From Auanema rhodensis (lineage: Eukaryota; Animalia; Nematoda), in assembly GCA_964057225.1 (NCBI GenBank), contig OZ059900.1, forward strand, positions 19,964,001-20,028,000: a DNA stretch of 64,000 nucleotides, read 5' to 3'. The position numbers and the translations under genes were made by a program. The notes under the pieces are model-generated. The model was not told the origin of the DNA and made no database searches. It saw only the letters and a program-made list of their open reading frames with translations. The first letter of the stretch is position 1, and the number at the start of each line of letters is the position of its first letter. Positions 1-12,994 of this stretch are shown here, in pieces.

Positions 1-342
1 TTGAGCTATGTTTCATTGACATTGCATGAGTTTGAACACATGAAATCGTAAGTCAAAACCTTGTTTACAGCGAAATTTCCAAAAACTGGTTTTCCAGCAT
101 AATAAAATATTTCTCATGGGAAATACTGTGTTTTTGTATTTTTCTAGTGTTCAGCATGTAAAATGCTTCATTTTAGTATGTAACACGCTGAAATTCGTTG
201 CATTTGACGACTCATATGAACAAAAATCGATTTAATCAATATTAGCCATAAGGGGCGTGCCCTCAGAATATGCTAATTTCCTTAATTTTCTAACCCCTGT
301 TTTTTTGTCGTGAAAGTGGAACTAGACGTTGTACGAACAATT
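1..342 (+). repeat. Representative 342-bp monomer (~34% GC, rich in A/T tracts, one GC-rich island GGGGCGTGCCC at 252-262)
   Basis: Hand count of 116 G+C in the 342-nt consensus. This copy differs from consensus only by G9T. A centromeric/pericentromeric role is inferred from architecture only. Confidence 0.95.
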
Positions 343-3300
343 TTGAGCTAGGTTTCATTGACATTGCATGAGTTTGAACACATGAAATCGTAAGTCAAAA
401 CCTTGTTTACAGCGAAATTTCCAAAAACTGGTTTTCCAGCATAATAAAATATTTCTCATGAGAAATACTGTGTTTTTGTATTTTTCTAGTGTTCAGCATG
501 TAAAATGCTTCATTTTAGTATGTAACACGCTGAAATTCGTTGCATTTGACGACTCATATGAACAAAAATCGATTTAATCAATATTAGCCATAAGGGGCGT
601 GCCCTCAGAATATGCTAATTTCCTTAATTTTCTAACCCCTGTTTTTTTGTCGTGAAAGTGGAACTAGACGTTGTACGAACAATTTTGAGCTAGGTTTCAT
701 TGACATTGCATGAGTTTGAACACATGAAATCGTAAGTCAAAACCTTGTTTACAGCGAAATTTCCAAAAACTGGTTTTCCAGCATAATAAAATATTTCTCA
801 TGGGAAATACTGTGTTTTTGTATTTTTCTAGTGTTCAGCATGTAAAACGCTTCATTTTAGTATGTAACACGCTGAAATTCGTTGCATTTGACGACTCATA
901 TGAACAAAAATCGATTTAATCAATATTAGCCATAAGGGGCGTGCCCTCAGAATATGCTAATTTCCTTAATTTTCTAACCCCTGTTTTTTTGTCGTGAAAG
1001 TGGAACTAGACGTTGTACGAACAATTTTGAGCTAGGTTTCATTGACATTGCATGAGTTTGAACACATGAAATCGTAAGTCAAAACCTTGTTTACAGCGAA
1101 ATTTCCAAAAACTGGTTTTCCAGCATAATAAAATATTTCTCATGGGAAATACTGTGTTTTTGTATTTTTCTAGTGTTCAGCATGTAAAATGCTTCATTTT
1201 AGTATGTAACACGCTGAAATTCGTTGCATTTGACGACTCATATGAACAAAAATCGATTTAATCAATATTAGCCATAAGGGGCGTGCCCTCAGAATATGCT
1301 AATTTCCTTAATTTTCTAACCCTTGTTTTTTTGTCGTGAAAGTGGAACTAGACGTTGTACGAACAATTTTGAGCTAGGTTTCATTGACATTGCATGAGTT
1401 TGAACACATGAAATCGTAAGTCAAAACCTTGTTTACAGCGAAATTTCCAAAAACTGGTTTTCCAGCATAATAAAATATTTCTCATGGGAAATACTGTGTT
1501 TTTGTATTTTTCTAGTGTTCAGCATGTAAAATGCTTCATTTTAGTATGTAACACGCTGAAATTCGTTGCATTTGACGACTCATATGAACAAAAATCGATT
1601 TAATCAATATTAGCCATAAGGGGCGTGCCCTCAGAATATGCTAATTTCCTTAATTTTCTAACCCCTGTTTTTTTGTCGTGAAAGTGGAACTAGACGTTGT
1701 ACGAACAATTTTGAGCTAGGTTTCATTGACATTGCATGAGTTTGAACACATGAAATCGTAAGTCAAAACCTTGTTTACAGCGAAATTTCCAAAAACTGGT
1801 TTTCCAGCATAATAAAATATTTCTCATGGGAAATACTGTGTTTTTGTATTTTTCTAGTGTTCAGCATGTAAAATGCTTCATTTTAGTATGTAACACGCTG
1901 AAATTCGTTGCATTTGACGACTCATATGAACAAAAATCGATTTAATCAATATTAGCCATAAGGGGCGTGCCCTCAGAATATGCTAATTTCCTTAATTTTC
2001 TAACCCCTGTTTTTTTGTCGTGAAAGTGGAACTAGACGTTGTACGAACAATTTTGAGCTAGGTTTCATTGACATTGCATGAGTTTGAACACATGAAATCG
2101 TAAGTCAAAACCTTGTTTACAGCGAAATTTCCAAAAACTGGTTTTCCAGCATAATAAAATATTTCTCATGGGAAATACTGTGTTTTTGTATTTTTCTAGT
2201 GTTCAGCATGTAAAATGCTTCATTTTAGTATGTAACACGCTGAAAGTCGTTGCATTTGACGACTCATATGAACAAAAATCGATTTAATCAATATTAGCCA
2301 TAAGGGGCGTGCCCTCAGAATATGCTAATTTCCTTAGTTTTCTAACCCCTGTTTTTTTGTCGTGAAAGTGGAACTAGACGTTGTACGAACAATTTTGAGC
2401 TAGGTTTCATTGACATTGCATGAGTTTGAACACATGAAATCGTAAGTCAAAACCTTGTTTACAGCGAAATTTCCAAAAACTGGTTTTCCAGCATAATAAA
2501 ATATTTCTCATGGGAAATACTGTGTTTTTGTATTTTTCTAGTGTTCAGCATGTAAAATGCTTCATTTTAGTATGTAACACGCTGAAAGTCGTTGCATTTG
2601 ACGACTCATATGAACAAAAATCGATTTAATCAATATTAGCCATAAGGGGCGTGCCCTCAGAATATGCTAATTTCCTTAATTTTCTAACCCCTGTTTTTTT
2701 TGTCGTGAAAGTGGAACTAGACGTTGTACGAACAATTTTGAGCTAGGTTTCATTGACATTGCATGAGTTTGAACACATGAAATCGTAGGTCAAAACCTTG
2801 TTTACAGCGAAATTTCCAAAAACTGGTTTTCCAGCATAATAAAATATTTCTCATGGGAAATACTGTGTTTTTGTATTTTTCTAGTGTTCAGCATGTAAAA
2901 TGCTTCATTTTAGTATGTAACACGCTGAAATTCGTTGCATTTGACGACTCATATGAACAAAAATCGATTTAATCAATATTAGCCATAAGGGGCGTGCCCT
3001 CAGAATATGCTAATTTCCTTAGTTTTCTAACCCCTGTTTTTTTGTCGTGAAAGTGGAACTAGACGTTGTACGAACCATTTTGAGCTAGGTTTCATTGACA
3101 TTGCATGAGTTTGAACACATGAAATCGTAAGTCAAAACCTTGTTTACAGCGAAATTTCCAAAAACTGGTTTTCCAGCATAATAAAATATTTCTCATGGGA
3201 AATACTGTGTTTTTGTATTTTTCTAGTGTTCAGCATGTAAAATGCTTCATTTTAGTATGTAACACGCTGAAATTCGTTGCATTTGACGACTCATATGAAC

Positions 3301-4446
3301 AAAAATCGATTTAATCAATATTAGCCATAAGGGGCGTGCCCTCAGAATATGCTAATTTCCTTAGTTTTCTAAACCCTGTTTTTTGTCGTGAAAGTGGAAC
3401 TAGACGTTGTACGAACAATTTTGAGCTAGGTTTCATTGACATTGCATGAGTTTGAACACATGAAATCGTAAGTCAAAACCTTGTTTACAGCGAAATTTCC
3501 AAAAACTGGTTTTCCAGCATAATAAAATATTTCTCATGGGAAATACTGTGTTTTTGTATTTTTCTAGTGTTCAGCATGTAAAATGCTTCATTTTAGTATG
3601 TAACACGCTGAAATTCGTTGCATTTGACGACTCATATGAACAAAAATCGATTTAATCAATATTAGCCATAAGGGGCGTGCCCTCAGAATATGCTAATTTC
3701 CTTAGTTTTCTAACCCCTGTTTTTTTGTCGTGAAAGTGGAACTAGACGTTGTACGAACAATTTTGAGCTAGGTTTCATTGACATTGCATGAGTTTGAACA
3801 CATGAAATCGTAAGTCAAAACCTTGTTTACAGCGAAATTTCCAAAAACTGGTTTTCCAGCATAATAAAATATTTCTCATGGGAAATACTGTGTTTTTGTA
3901 TTTTTCTAGTGTTCAGCATGTAAAATGCTTCATTTTAGTATGTAACACGCTGAAATTCGTTGCATTTGACGACTCATATGAACAAAAATCGATTTAATCA
4001 ATATTAGCCATAAGGGGCGTGCCCTCAGAATATGCTAATTTCCTTAATTTTCTAACCCCTGTTTTTTTGTCGTGAAAGTGGAACTAGACGTTGTACGAAC
4101 AATTTTGAGCTAGGTTTCATTGACATTGCATGAGTTTGAACACATGAAATCGTAAGTCAAAACCTTGTTTACAGCGAAATTTCCAAAAACTGGTTTTCCA
4201 GCATAATAAAATATTTCTCATGGGAAATACTGTGTTTTTGTATTTTTCTAGTGTTCAGCATGTAAAATGCTTCATTTTAGTATGTAACACGCTGAAATTC
4301 GTTGCATTTGACGACTCATATGAACAAAAATCGATTTAATCAATATTAGCCATAAGGGGCGTGCCCTCAGAATATGCTAATTTCCTTAATTTTCTAACCC
4401 CTGTTTTTTTGTCGTGAAAGTGGAACTAGACGTTGTACGAACAATT

Positions 4447-7400
4447 TTGAGCTATGTTTCATTGACATTGCATGAGTTTGAACACATGAAATCGTAAGTC
4501 AAAACCTTGTTTACAGCGAAATTTCCAAAAACTGGTTTTCCAGCATAATAAAATATTTCTCATGGGAAATACTGTGTTTTTGTATTTTTCTAGTGTTCAG
4601 CATGTAAAATGCTTCATTTTAGTATGTAACACGCTGAAATTCGTTGCATTTGACGACTCATATGAACAAAAATCGATTTAATCAATATTAGCCATAAGGG
4701 GCGTGCCCTCAGAATATGCTAATTTCCTTAATTTTCTAACCCCTGTTTTTTTGTCGTGAAAGTGGAACTAGACGTTGTACGAACAATTTTGAGCTATGTT
4801 TCATTGACATTGCATGAGTTTGAACACATGAAATCGTAAGTCAAAACCTTGTTTACAGCGAAATTTCCAAAAACTGGTTTTCCAGCATAATAAAATATTT
4901 CTCATGGGAAATACTGTGTTTTTGTATTTTTCTAGTGTTCAGCATGTAAAATGCTTCATTTTAGTATGTAACACGCTGAAATTCGTTGCATTTGACGACT
5001 CATATGAACAAAAATCGATTTAATCAATATTAGCCATAAGGGGCGTGCCCTCAGAATATGCTAATTTCCTTAATTTTCTAACCCCTGTTTTTTTGTCGTG
5101 AAAGTGGAACTAGACGTTGTACGAACAATTTTGAGCTAGGTTTCATTGACATTGCATGAGTTTGAACACATGAAATCGTAAGTCAAAACCTTGTTTACAG
5201 CGAAATTTCCAAAAACTGGTTTTCCAGCATAATAAAATATTTCTCATGGGAAATACTGTATTTTTGTATTTTTCTAGTGTTCAGCATGTAAAATGCTTCA
5301 TTTTAGTATGTAACACGCTGAAATTCGTTGCATTTGACGACTCTGATGAACAAAAATCGATTTAATCAATATTAGCCATAAGGGGCGTGCCCTCAGAATA
5401 TGCTAATTTCCTTAATTTTCTAACCCCTGTTTTTTTGTCGTGAAAGTGGAACAAGACGTTGTACGAACAATTTTGAGCTAGGTTTCATTGACATTGCATG
5501 AGTTTGAACACATGAAATCGTAAGTCAAAACCTTGTTTACAGCGAAATTTCCAAAAACTGGTTTTCCAGCATAATAAAATATTTCTCATGGGAAATACTG
5601 TGTTTTTGTATTTTTCTAGTGTTCAGCATGTAAAATGCTTCATTTTAGTATGTAACACGCTGAAATTCGTTGCATTTGACGACTCATATGAACAAAAATC
5701 GATTTAATCAATATTAGCCATAAGGGGCGTGCCCTCAGAATATGCTAATTTCCTTAGTTTTCTAACCCCTGTTTTTTTGTCGTGAAAGTGGAACTAGACG
5801 TTGTACGAACAATTTTGAGCTAGGTTTCATTGACATTGCATGAGTTTGAACACATGAAATCGTAAGTCAAAACCTTGTTTACAGCGAAATTTCCAAAAAC
5901 TGGTTTTCCAGCATAATAAAATATTTCTCATGGGAAATACTGTGTTTTTGTATTTTTATAGTGTTCAGCATGTAAAATGCTTCATTTTAGTATGTAACAC
6001 GCTGAAATTCGTTGCATTTGACGACTCATATGAACAAAAATCGATTTAATCAATATTAGCCATAAGGGGCGTGCCCTCAGAATATGCTAATTTCCTTAAT
6101 TTTCTAACCCTTGTTTTTTTGTCGTGAAAGTGGAACTAGACGTTGTACGAACAATTTTGAGCTAGGTTTCATTGACATTGCATGAGTTTGAACACATGAA
6201 ATCGTAAGTCAAAACCTTGTTTACAGCGAAATTTCCAAAAACTGGTTTTCCAGCATAATAAAATATTTCTCATGGGAAATACTGTGTTTTTGTATTTTTC
6301 TAGTGTTCAGCATGTAAAATGCTTCATTTTAGTATGTAACACGCTGAAATTCGTTGCATTTGACGACTCATATGAACAAAAATCGATTTAATCAATATTA
6401 GCCATAAGGGGCGTGCCCTCAGAATATGCTAATTTCCTTAATTTTCTAACCCCTGTTTTTTTGTCGTGAAAGTGGAACTAGACGTTGTACGAACAATTTT
6501 GAGCTATGTTTCATTGACATTGCATGAGTTTGAACACATGAAATCGTAAGTCAAAACCTTGTTTACAGCGAAATTTCCAAAAACTGGTTTTCCAGCATAA
6601 TAAAATATTTCTCATGGGAAATACTGTGTTTTTGTATTTTTCTAGTGTTCAGCATGTAAAATGCTTCATTTTAGTATGTAACACGCTGAAATTCGTTGCA
6701 TTTGACGACTCATATGAACAAAAATCGATTTAATCAATATTAGCCATAAGGGGCGTGCCCTCAGAATATGCTAATTTCCTTAATTTTCTAACCCCTGTTT
6801 TTTTGTCGTGAAAGTGGAACTAGACGTTGTACGAACAATTTTGAGCTATGTTTCATTGACATTGCATGAGTTTGAACACATGAAATCGTAAGTCAAAACC
6901 TTGTTTACAGCGAAATTTCCAAAAACTGGTTTTCCAGCATAATAAAATATTTCTCATGGGAAATACTGTGTTTTTGTATTTTTCTAGTGTTCAGCATGTA
7001 AAATGCTTCATTTTAGTATGTAACACGCTGAAATTCGTTGCATTTGACGACTCATATGAACAAAAATCGATTTAATCAATATTAGCCATAAGGGGCGTGC
7101 CCTCAGAATATGCTAATTTCCTTAATTTTCTAACCCCTGTTTTTTTGTCGTGAAAGTGGAACTAGACGTTGTACGAACAATTTTGAGCTAGGTTTCATTG
7201 ACATTGCATGAGTTTGAACACATGAAATCGTAAGTCAAAACCTTGTTTACAGCGAAATTTCCAAAAACTGGTTTTCCAGCATAATAAAATATTTCTCATG
7301 GGAAATACTGTGTTTTTGTATTTTTCTAGTGTTCAGCATGTAAAATGCTTCATTTTAGTATGTAACACGCTGAAATTCGTTGCATTTGACGACTCTGATG

Positions 7401-8550
7401 AACAAAAATCGATTTAATCAATATTAGCCGTAAGGGGCGTGCCCTCAGAATATGCTAATTTCCTTAATTTTCTAACCCCTGTTTTTTTGTCGTGAAAGTG
7501 GAACTAGACGTTGTACGAACAATTTTGAGCTAGGTTTCATTGACATTGCATGAGTTTGAACACATGAAATCGTAAGTCAAAACCTTGTTTACAGCGAAAT
7601 TTCCAAAAACTGGTTTTCCAGCATAATAAAATATTTCTCATGGGAAATACTGTGTTTTTGTATTTTTCTAGTGTTCAGCATGTAAAATGCTTCATTTTAG
7701 TATGTAACACGCTGAAATTCGTTGCATTTGACGACTCATATGAACAAAAATCGATTTAATCAATATTAGCCATAAGGGGCGTGCCCTCAGAATATGCTAA
7801 TTTCCTTAGTTTTCTAACCCCTGTTTTTTTGTCGTGAAGGTGGAACTAGACGTTGTACGAACAATTTTGAGCTAGGTTTCATTGACATTGCATGAGTTTG
7901 AACACATGAAATCGTAAGTCAAAACCTTGTTTACAGCGAAATTTCCAAAAACTGGTTTTCCAGCATAATAAAATATTTCTCATGGGAAATACTGTGTTTT
8001 TGTATTTTTATAGTGTTCAGCATGTAAAATGCTTCATTTTAGTATGTAACACGCTGAAATTCGTTGCATTTGACGACTCATATGAACAAAAATCGATTTA
8101 ATCAATATTAGCCATAAGGGGCGTGCCCTCAGAATATGCTAATTTCCTTAATTTTCTAACCCTTGTTTTTTTGTCGTGAAAGTGGAACTAGACGTTGTAC
8201 GAACAATTTTGAGCTAGGTTTCATTGACATTGCATGAGTTTGAACACATGAAATCGTAAGTCAAAACCTTGTTTACAGCGAAATTTCCAAAAACTGGTTT
8301 TCCAGCATAATAAAATATTTCTCATGGGAAATACTGTGTTTTTGTATTTTTCTAGTGTTCAGCATGTAAAATGCTTCATTTTAGTATGTAACACGCTGAA
8401 ATTCGTTGCATTTGACGACTCATATGAACAAAAATCGATTTAATCAATATTAGCCATAAGGGGCGTGCCCTCAGAATATGCTAATTTCCTTAATTTTCTA
8501 ACCCCTGTTTTTTTGTCGTGAAAGTGGAACTAGACGTTGTACGAACAATT
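4447..8550 (+). repeat. 6-monomer higher-order repeat (2052 bp), two copies
   Basis: Variant pairs exactly 2052 bp apart: 4455/6507, 4797/6849, 5344/7396, 5757/7809, 5958/8010, 6111/8163. Confidence 0.92.
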
Positions 8551-10259
8551 TTGAGCTAGGTTTCATTGACATTGCATGAGTTTGAACACATGAAATCGTA
8601 AGTCAAAACCTTGTTTACAGCGAAATTTCCAAAAACTGGTTTTCCAGCATAATAAAATATTTCTCATGGGAAATACTGTGTTTTTGTATTTTTCTAGTGT
8701 TCAGCATGTAAAATGCTTCATTTTAGTATGTAACACGCTGAAATTCGTTGCATTTGACGACTCATATGAACAAAAATCGATTTAATCAATATTAGCCATA
8801 AGGGGCGTGCCCTCAGAATATGCTAATTTCCTTAATTTTCTAACCCCTGTTTTTTTGTCGTGAAAGTGGAACTAGACGTTGTACGAACAATTTTGAGCTA
8901 GGTTTCATTGACATTGCATGAGTTTGAACACATGAAATCGTAAGTCAAAACCTTGTTTACAGCGAAATTTCCAAAAACTGGTTTTCCAGCATAATAAAAT
9001 ATTTCTCATGGGAAATACTGTGTTTTTGTATTTTTCTAGTGTTCAGCATGTAAAATGCTTCATTTTAGTATGTAACACGCTGAAATTCGTTGCATTTGAC
9101 GACTCATATGAACAAAAATCGATTTAATCAATATTAGCCATAAGGGGCGTGCCCTCAGAATATGCTAATTTCCTTAATTTTCTAACCCCTGTTTTTTTGT
9201 CGTGAAAGTGGAACTAGACGTTGTACGAACAATTTTGAGCTAGGTTTCATTGACATTGCATGAGTTTGAACACATGAAATCGTAAGTCAAAACCTTGTTT
9301 ACAGCGAAATTTCCAAAAACTGGTTTTCCAGCATAATAAAATATTTCTCATGGGAAATACTGTGTTTTTGTATTTTTCTAGTGTTCAGCATGTAAAATGC
9401 TTCATTTTAGTATGTAACACGCTGAAAGTCGTTGCATTTGACGACTCATATGAACAAAAATCGATTTAATCAATATTAGCCATAAGGGGCGTGCCCTCAG
9501 AATATGCTAATTTCCTTAGTTTTCTAACCCCTGTTTTTTTGTCGTGAAAGTGGAACTAGACGTTGTACGAACAATTTTGAGCTAGGTTTCATTGACATTG
9601 CATGAGTTTGAACACATGAAATCGTAAGTCAAAACCTTGTTTACCGCGAAATTTCCAAAAACTGGTTTTCCAGCATAATAAAATATTTCTCATGGGAAAT
9701 ACTGTGTTTTTGTATTTTTCTAGTGTTCAGCATGTAAAATGCTTCATTTTAGTATGTAACACGCTGAAATTCGTTGCATTTGACGACTCATATGAACAAA
9801 AATGATTTAATCAATATTAGCCATAAGGGGCGTGCCCTCAGAATATGCTAATTTCCTTAATTTTCTAACCCCTGTTTTTTTGTAGTGAAAGTGGAACTAG
9901 ACGTTGTACGAACAATTTTGAGCTAGGTTTCGTTGACATTGCATGAGTTTGAACACATGAAATCGTAAGTCAAAACCTTGTTTACAGCGAATTTTCCAAA
10001 AACTGGTTTTCCAGCATAATAAAATATTTCTCATGGGAAATACTGTGTTTTTGTATTTTTCCAGTGTTCAGCATGTAAAATGCTTCATTTTAGTATGTAA
10101 CACGCTGAAATTCGTTGCATTTGGCGACTCGTATGAACAAAAATCGATTTAATCAATATTAGCCATAAGGGGCGTGCCCTCAGAATATGCTAATTTCCCT
10201 AATTTTCTAACCCCTGTTTTTTTGTCGTGAAAGTGGAACTAGACGTTGTACGAACAATT

Positions 10260-12994
10260 TTGAGCTAGGTTTCATTGACATTGCATGAGTTTGAACACAT
10301 GAAATCGTAAGTCAAAACCTTGTTTACAGCGAAATTTCCAAAAACTGGTTTTCCAGCATAATAAAATATTTCTCATGGGAAATACTGTGTTTTTGTATTT
10401 TTCTAGTGTTCAGCATGTAAAATGCTTCATTTTAGTATGTAACACGCTGAAATTCGTTGCATTTGACGACTCATATGAACAAAAATCGATTTAATCAATA
10501 TTAGCCATAAGGGGCGTGCCCTCAAAATATGCTAATTTCCTTAATTTTCTAACCCCTGTTTTTTTGTCGTGAAAGTGGAACTAGACGTTGTACGAACAAT
10601 TTTGAGCTAGGTTTCATTGACATTGCATGAGTTTGAACACATGAAATCGTAAGTCAAAACCTTGTTTACAGCGAAATTTCCAAAAACTGGTTTTCCAGCA
10701 TAATAAAATATTTCTCATGGGAAATACTGTGTTTTTGTATTTTTCTAGTGTTCAGCATGTAAAATGCTTCATTTTAGTATGTAACACGCTGAAATTCGTT
10801 GCATTTGACGACTCATATGAACAAAAATCGATTTAATCAATATTAGCCATAAGGGGCGTGCCCTCAGAATATGCTAATTTCCTTAATTTTCTAACCCCTG
10901 TTTTTTTGTCGTGAAAGTGTAACTAGACGTTGTACGAACAATTTTGAGCTAGGTTTCGTTGACATTGCATGAGTTTGAACACATGAAATCGTAAGTCAAA
11001 ACCTTGTTTACAGCGAAATTTCCAAAAACTGGTTTTCCAGCATAATAAAATATTTCTCATGGGAAATACTGTGTTTTTGTATTTTTTCAGTGTTCAGCAT
11101 GTAAAATGCTTCATTTTAGTATGTAACACGCTGAAATTCGTTGCATTTGACGACTCATATGAACAAAAATCGATTTAATCAATATTAGCCATAAGGGGCG
11201 TGCCCTCAGAATATGCTAGTTTCCTTAATTTTCTAACCCCTGTTTTTTTGTCGTGAAAGTGGAACTAGACGTTGTACGAATAATTTTGAGCTAGGTTTCA
11301 TTGACATTGCATGAGTTTGAACACATGAAATCGTAAGTCAAAACCTTGTTTACAGCGAAATTTCCAAAAACTGGTTTTCCAGCATAATAAAATATTTCTC
11401 ATGGGAAATACTGTGTTTTTGTATTTTTCTAGTGTTCAGCATGTAAAATGCTTCATTTTAGTATGTAACACGCTGAAATTCGTTGCATTTGACGACTCAT
11501 ATGAACAAAAATCGATTTAATCAATATTAGCCATAAGGGGCGTGCCCTCAGAATATGCTAATTTCCTTAATTTTCTAACCCCTGTTTTTTTGTCGTGAAA
11601 GTGGAACTGGACGTTGTACGAACAATTTTGAGCTAGGTTTCATTGACATTGCATGAGTTTGAACACATGAAATCGTAAGTCAAAACCTTGTTTACAGCGA
11701 AATTTCCAAAAACTGGTTTTCCAGCATAATAAAATATTTCTCATGGGAAATACTGTGTTTTTGTATTTTTCTAGTGTTCAGCATGTAAAATGCTTTATTT
11801 TAGTATGTAACACGCTGAAATTCGTTGCATTTGACGACTCATATGAACAAAAATCGATTTAATCAATATTAGCCATAAGGGGCGTGCCCTCAGAATATGC
11901 TAATTTCCCTAATTTTCTAACCCCTGTTTTTTTGTCGTGAAAGTGGAACTAGACGTTGTACGAACAATTTTGAGCTAGGTTTCATTGACATTGCATGAGT
12001 TTGAACACATGAAATCGTAAGTCAAAACCTTGTTTACAGCGAAATTTCCAAAAACTGGTTTTCCAGCATAATAAAATATTTCTCATGGGAAATACTGTGT
12101 TTTTGTATTTTTCTAGTGTTCAGCATGTAAAATGCTTCATTTTAGTATGTAACACGCTGAAATTCGTTGCATTTGACGACTCATATGAACAAAAATCGAT
12201 TTAATCAATATTAGCCATAAGGGGCGTGCCCTCAAAATATGCTAATTTCCTTAATTTTCTAACCCCTGTTTTTTTGTCGTGAAAGTGGAACTAGACGTTG
12301 TACGAACAATTTTGAGCTAGGTTTCATTGACATTGCATGAGTTTGAACACATGAAATCGTAAGTCAAACCTTGTTTACAGCGAAATTTCCAAAAACTGGT
12401 TTTCCAGCATAATAAAATATTTCTCATGGGAAATACTGTGTTTTTGTATTTTTCTAGTGTTCAGCATGTAAAATGCTTCATTTTAGTATGTAACACGCTG
12501 AAATTCGTTGCATTTGACGACTCATATGAACAAAAATCGATTTAATCAATATTAGCCATAAGGGGCGTGCCCTCAGAATATGCTAATTTCCTTAATTTTC
12601 TAACCCCTGTTTTTTTGTCGTGAAAGTGGAACTAGACGTTGTACGAACAATTTTGAGCTAGGTTTCGTTGACATTGCATGAGTTTGAACACATGAAATCG
12701 TAAGTCAAAACCTTGTTTACAGCGAAATTTCCAAAAACTGGTTTTCCAGCATAATAAAATATTTCTCATGGGAAATACTGTGTTTTTGTATTTTTCCAGT
12801 GTTCAGCATGTAAAATGCTTCATTTTAGTATGTAACACGCTGAAATTCGTTGCATTTGACGACTCATATGAACAAAAATCGATTTAATCAATATTAGCCA
12901 TAAGGGGCGTGCCCTCAGAATATGCTAGTTTCCTTAATTTTCTAACCCCTGTTTTTTTGTCGTGAAAGTGGAACTAGACGTTGTACGAATAATT
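10260..12994 (+). repeat. 5-monomer higher-order repeat (~1710 bp), partial second copy
   Basis: CTCAAAAT at 10525/12235, GCTAGT at 11219/12928 and GAATAA at 11281/12990. The offset is 1710, or 1709 after a 1-bp deletion near 12366. Confidence 0.85.

Noticed and set aside
16-45. TTGACA resembling a bacterial -35 box, and AATAAA at 101-106 resembling a poly(A) signal
   Set aside because: There is no properly spaced -10 element or downstream gene. Hexamer matches are expected by chance in AT-rich DNA.
193-209. CENP-B-box-like ATTCGTTGCATTTGACG
   Set aside because: It matches TTCG and the central A but lacks CGGG (6 of 9 essential bases, 7 in the TGGC variant), so it is not supportable as a functional box.
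273-298. Telomere-like TTAG/TTAGGG words on the minus strand (GGGGTTAGAAAATTAGGGAAATTAG in CCCT variants)
   Set aside because: They are non-tandem, with at most one TTAGGG per monomer, and have too few G-runs for a canonical G-quadruplex.
1-342. 342 is divisible by 3, so the array could encode a giant 114-aa repeat protein
   Set aside because: All six frames are closed in every consensus monomer: + stops at 7 (TAG), 2 (TGA) and 27 (TGA); - stops from CTA at 6, TCA at 13 and TCA at 53.
1-342. Assignment to a named ~340-bp satellite family
   Set aside because: Length alone is not diagnostic and I do not recognise the sequence. A BLAST search is required.
2694-3384. Singleton +1/-1 changes in the T7 tract (~2700, ~3380) and the A-tract at ~12366
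   Set aside because: Homopolymer length changes may be sequencing error or trivial slippage.
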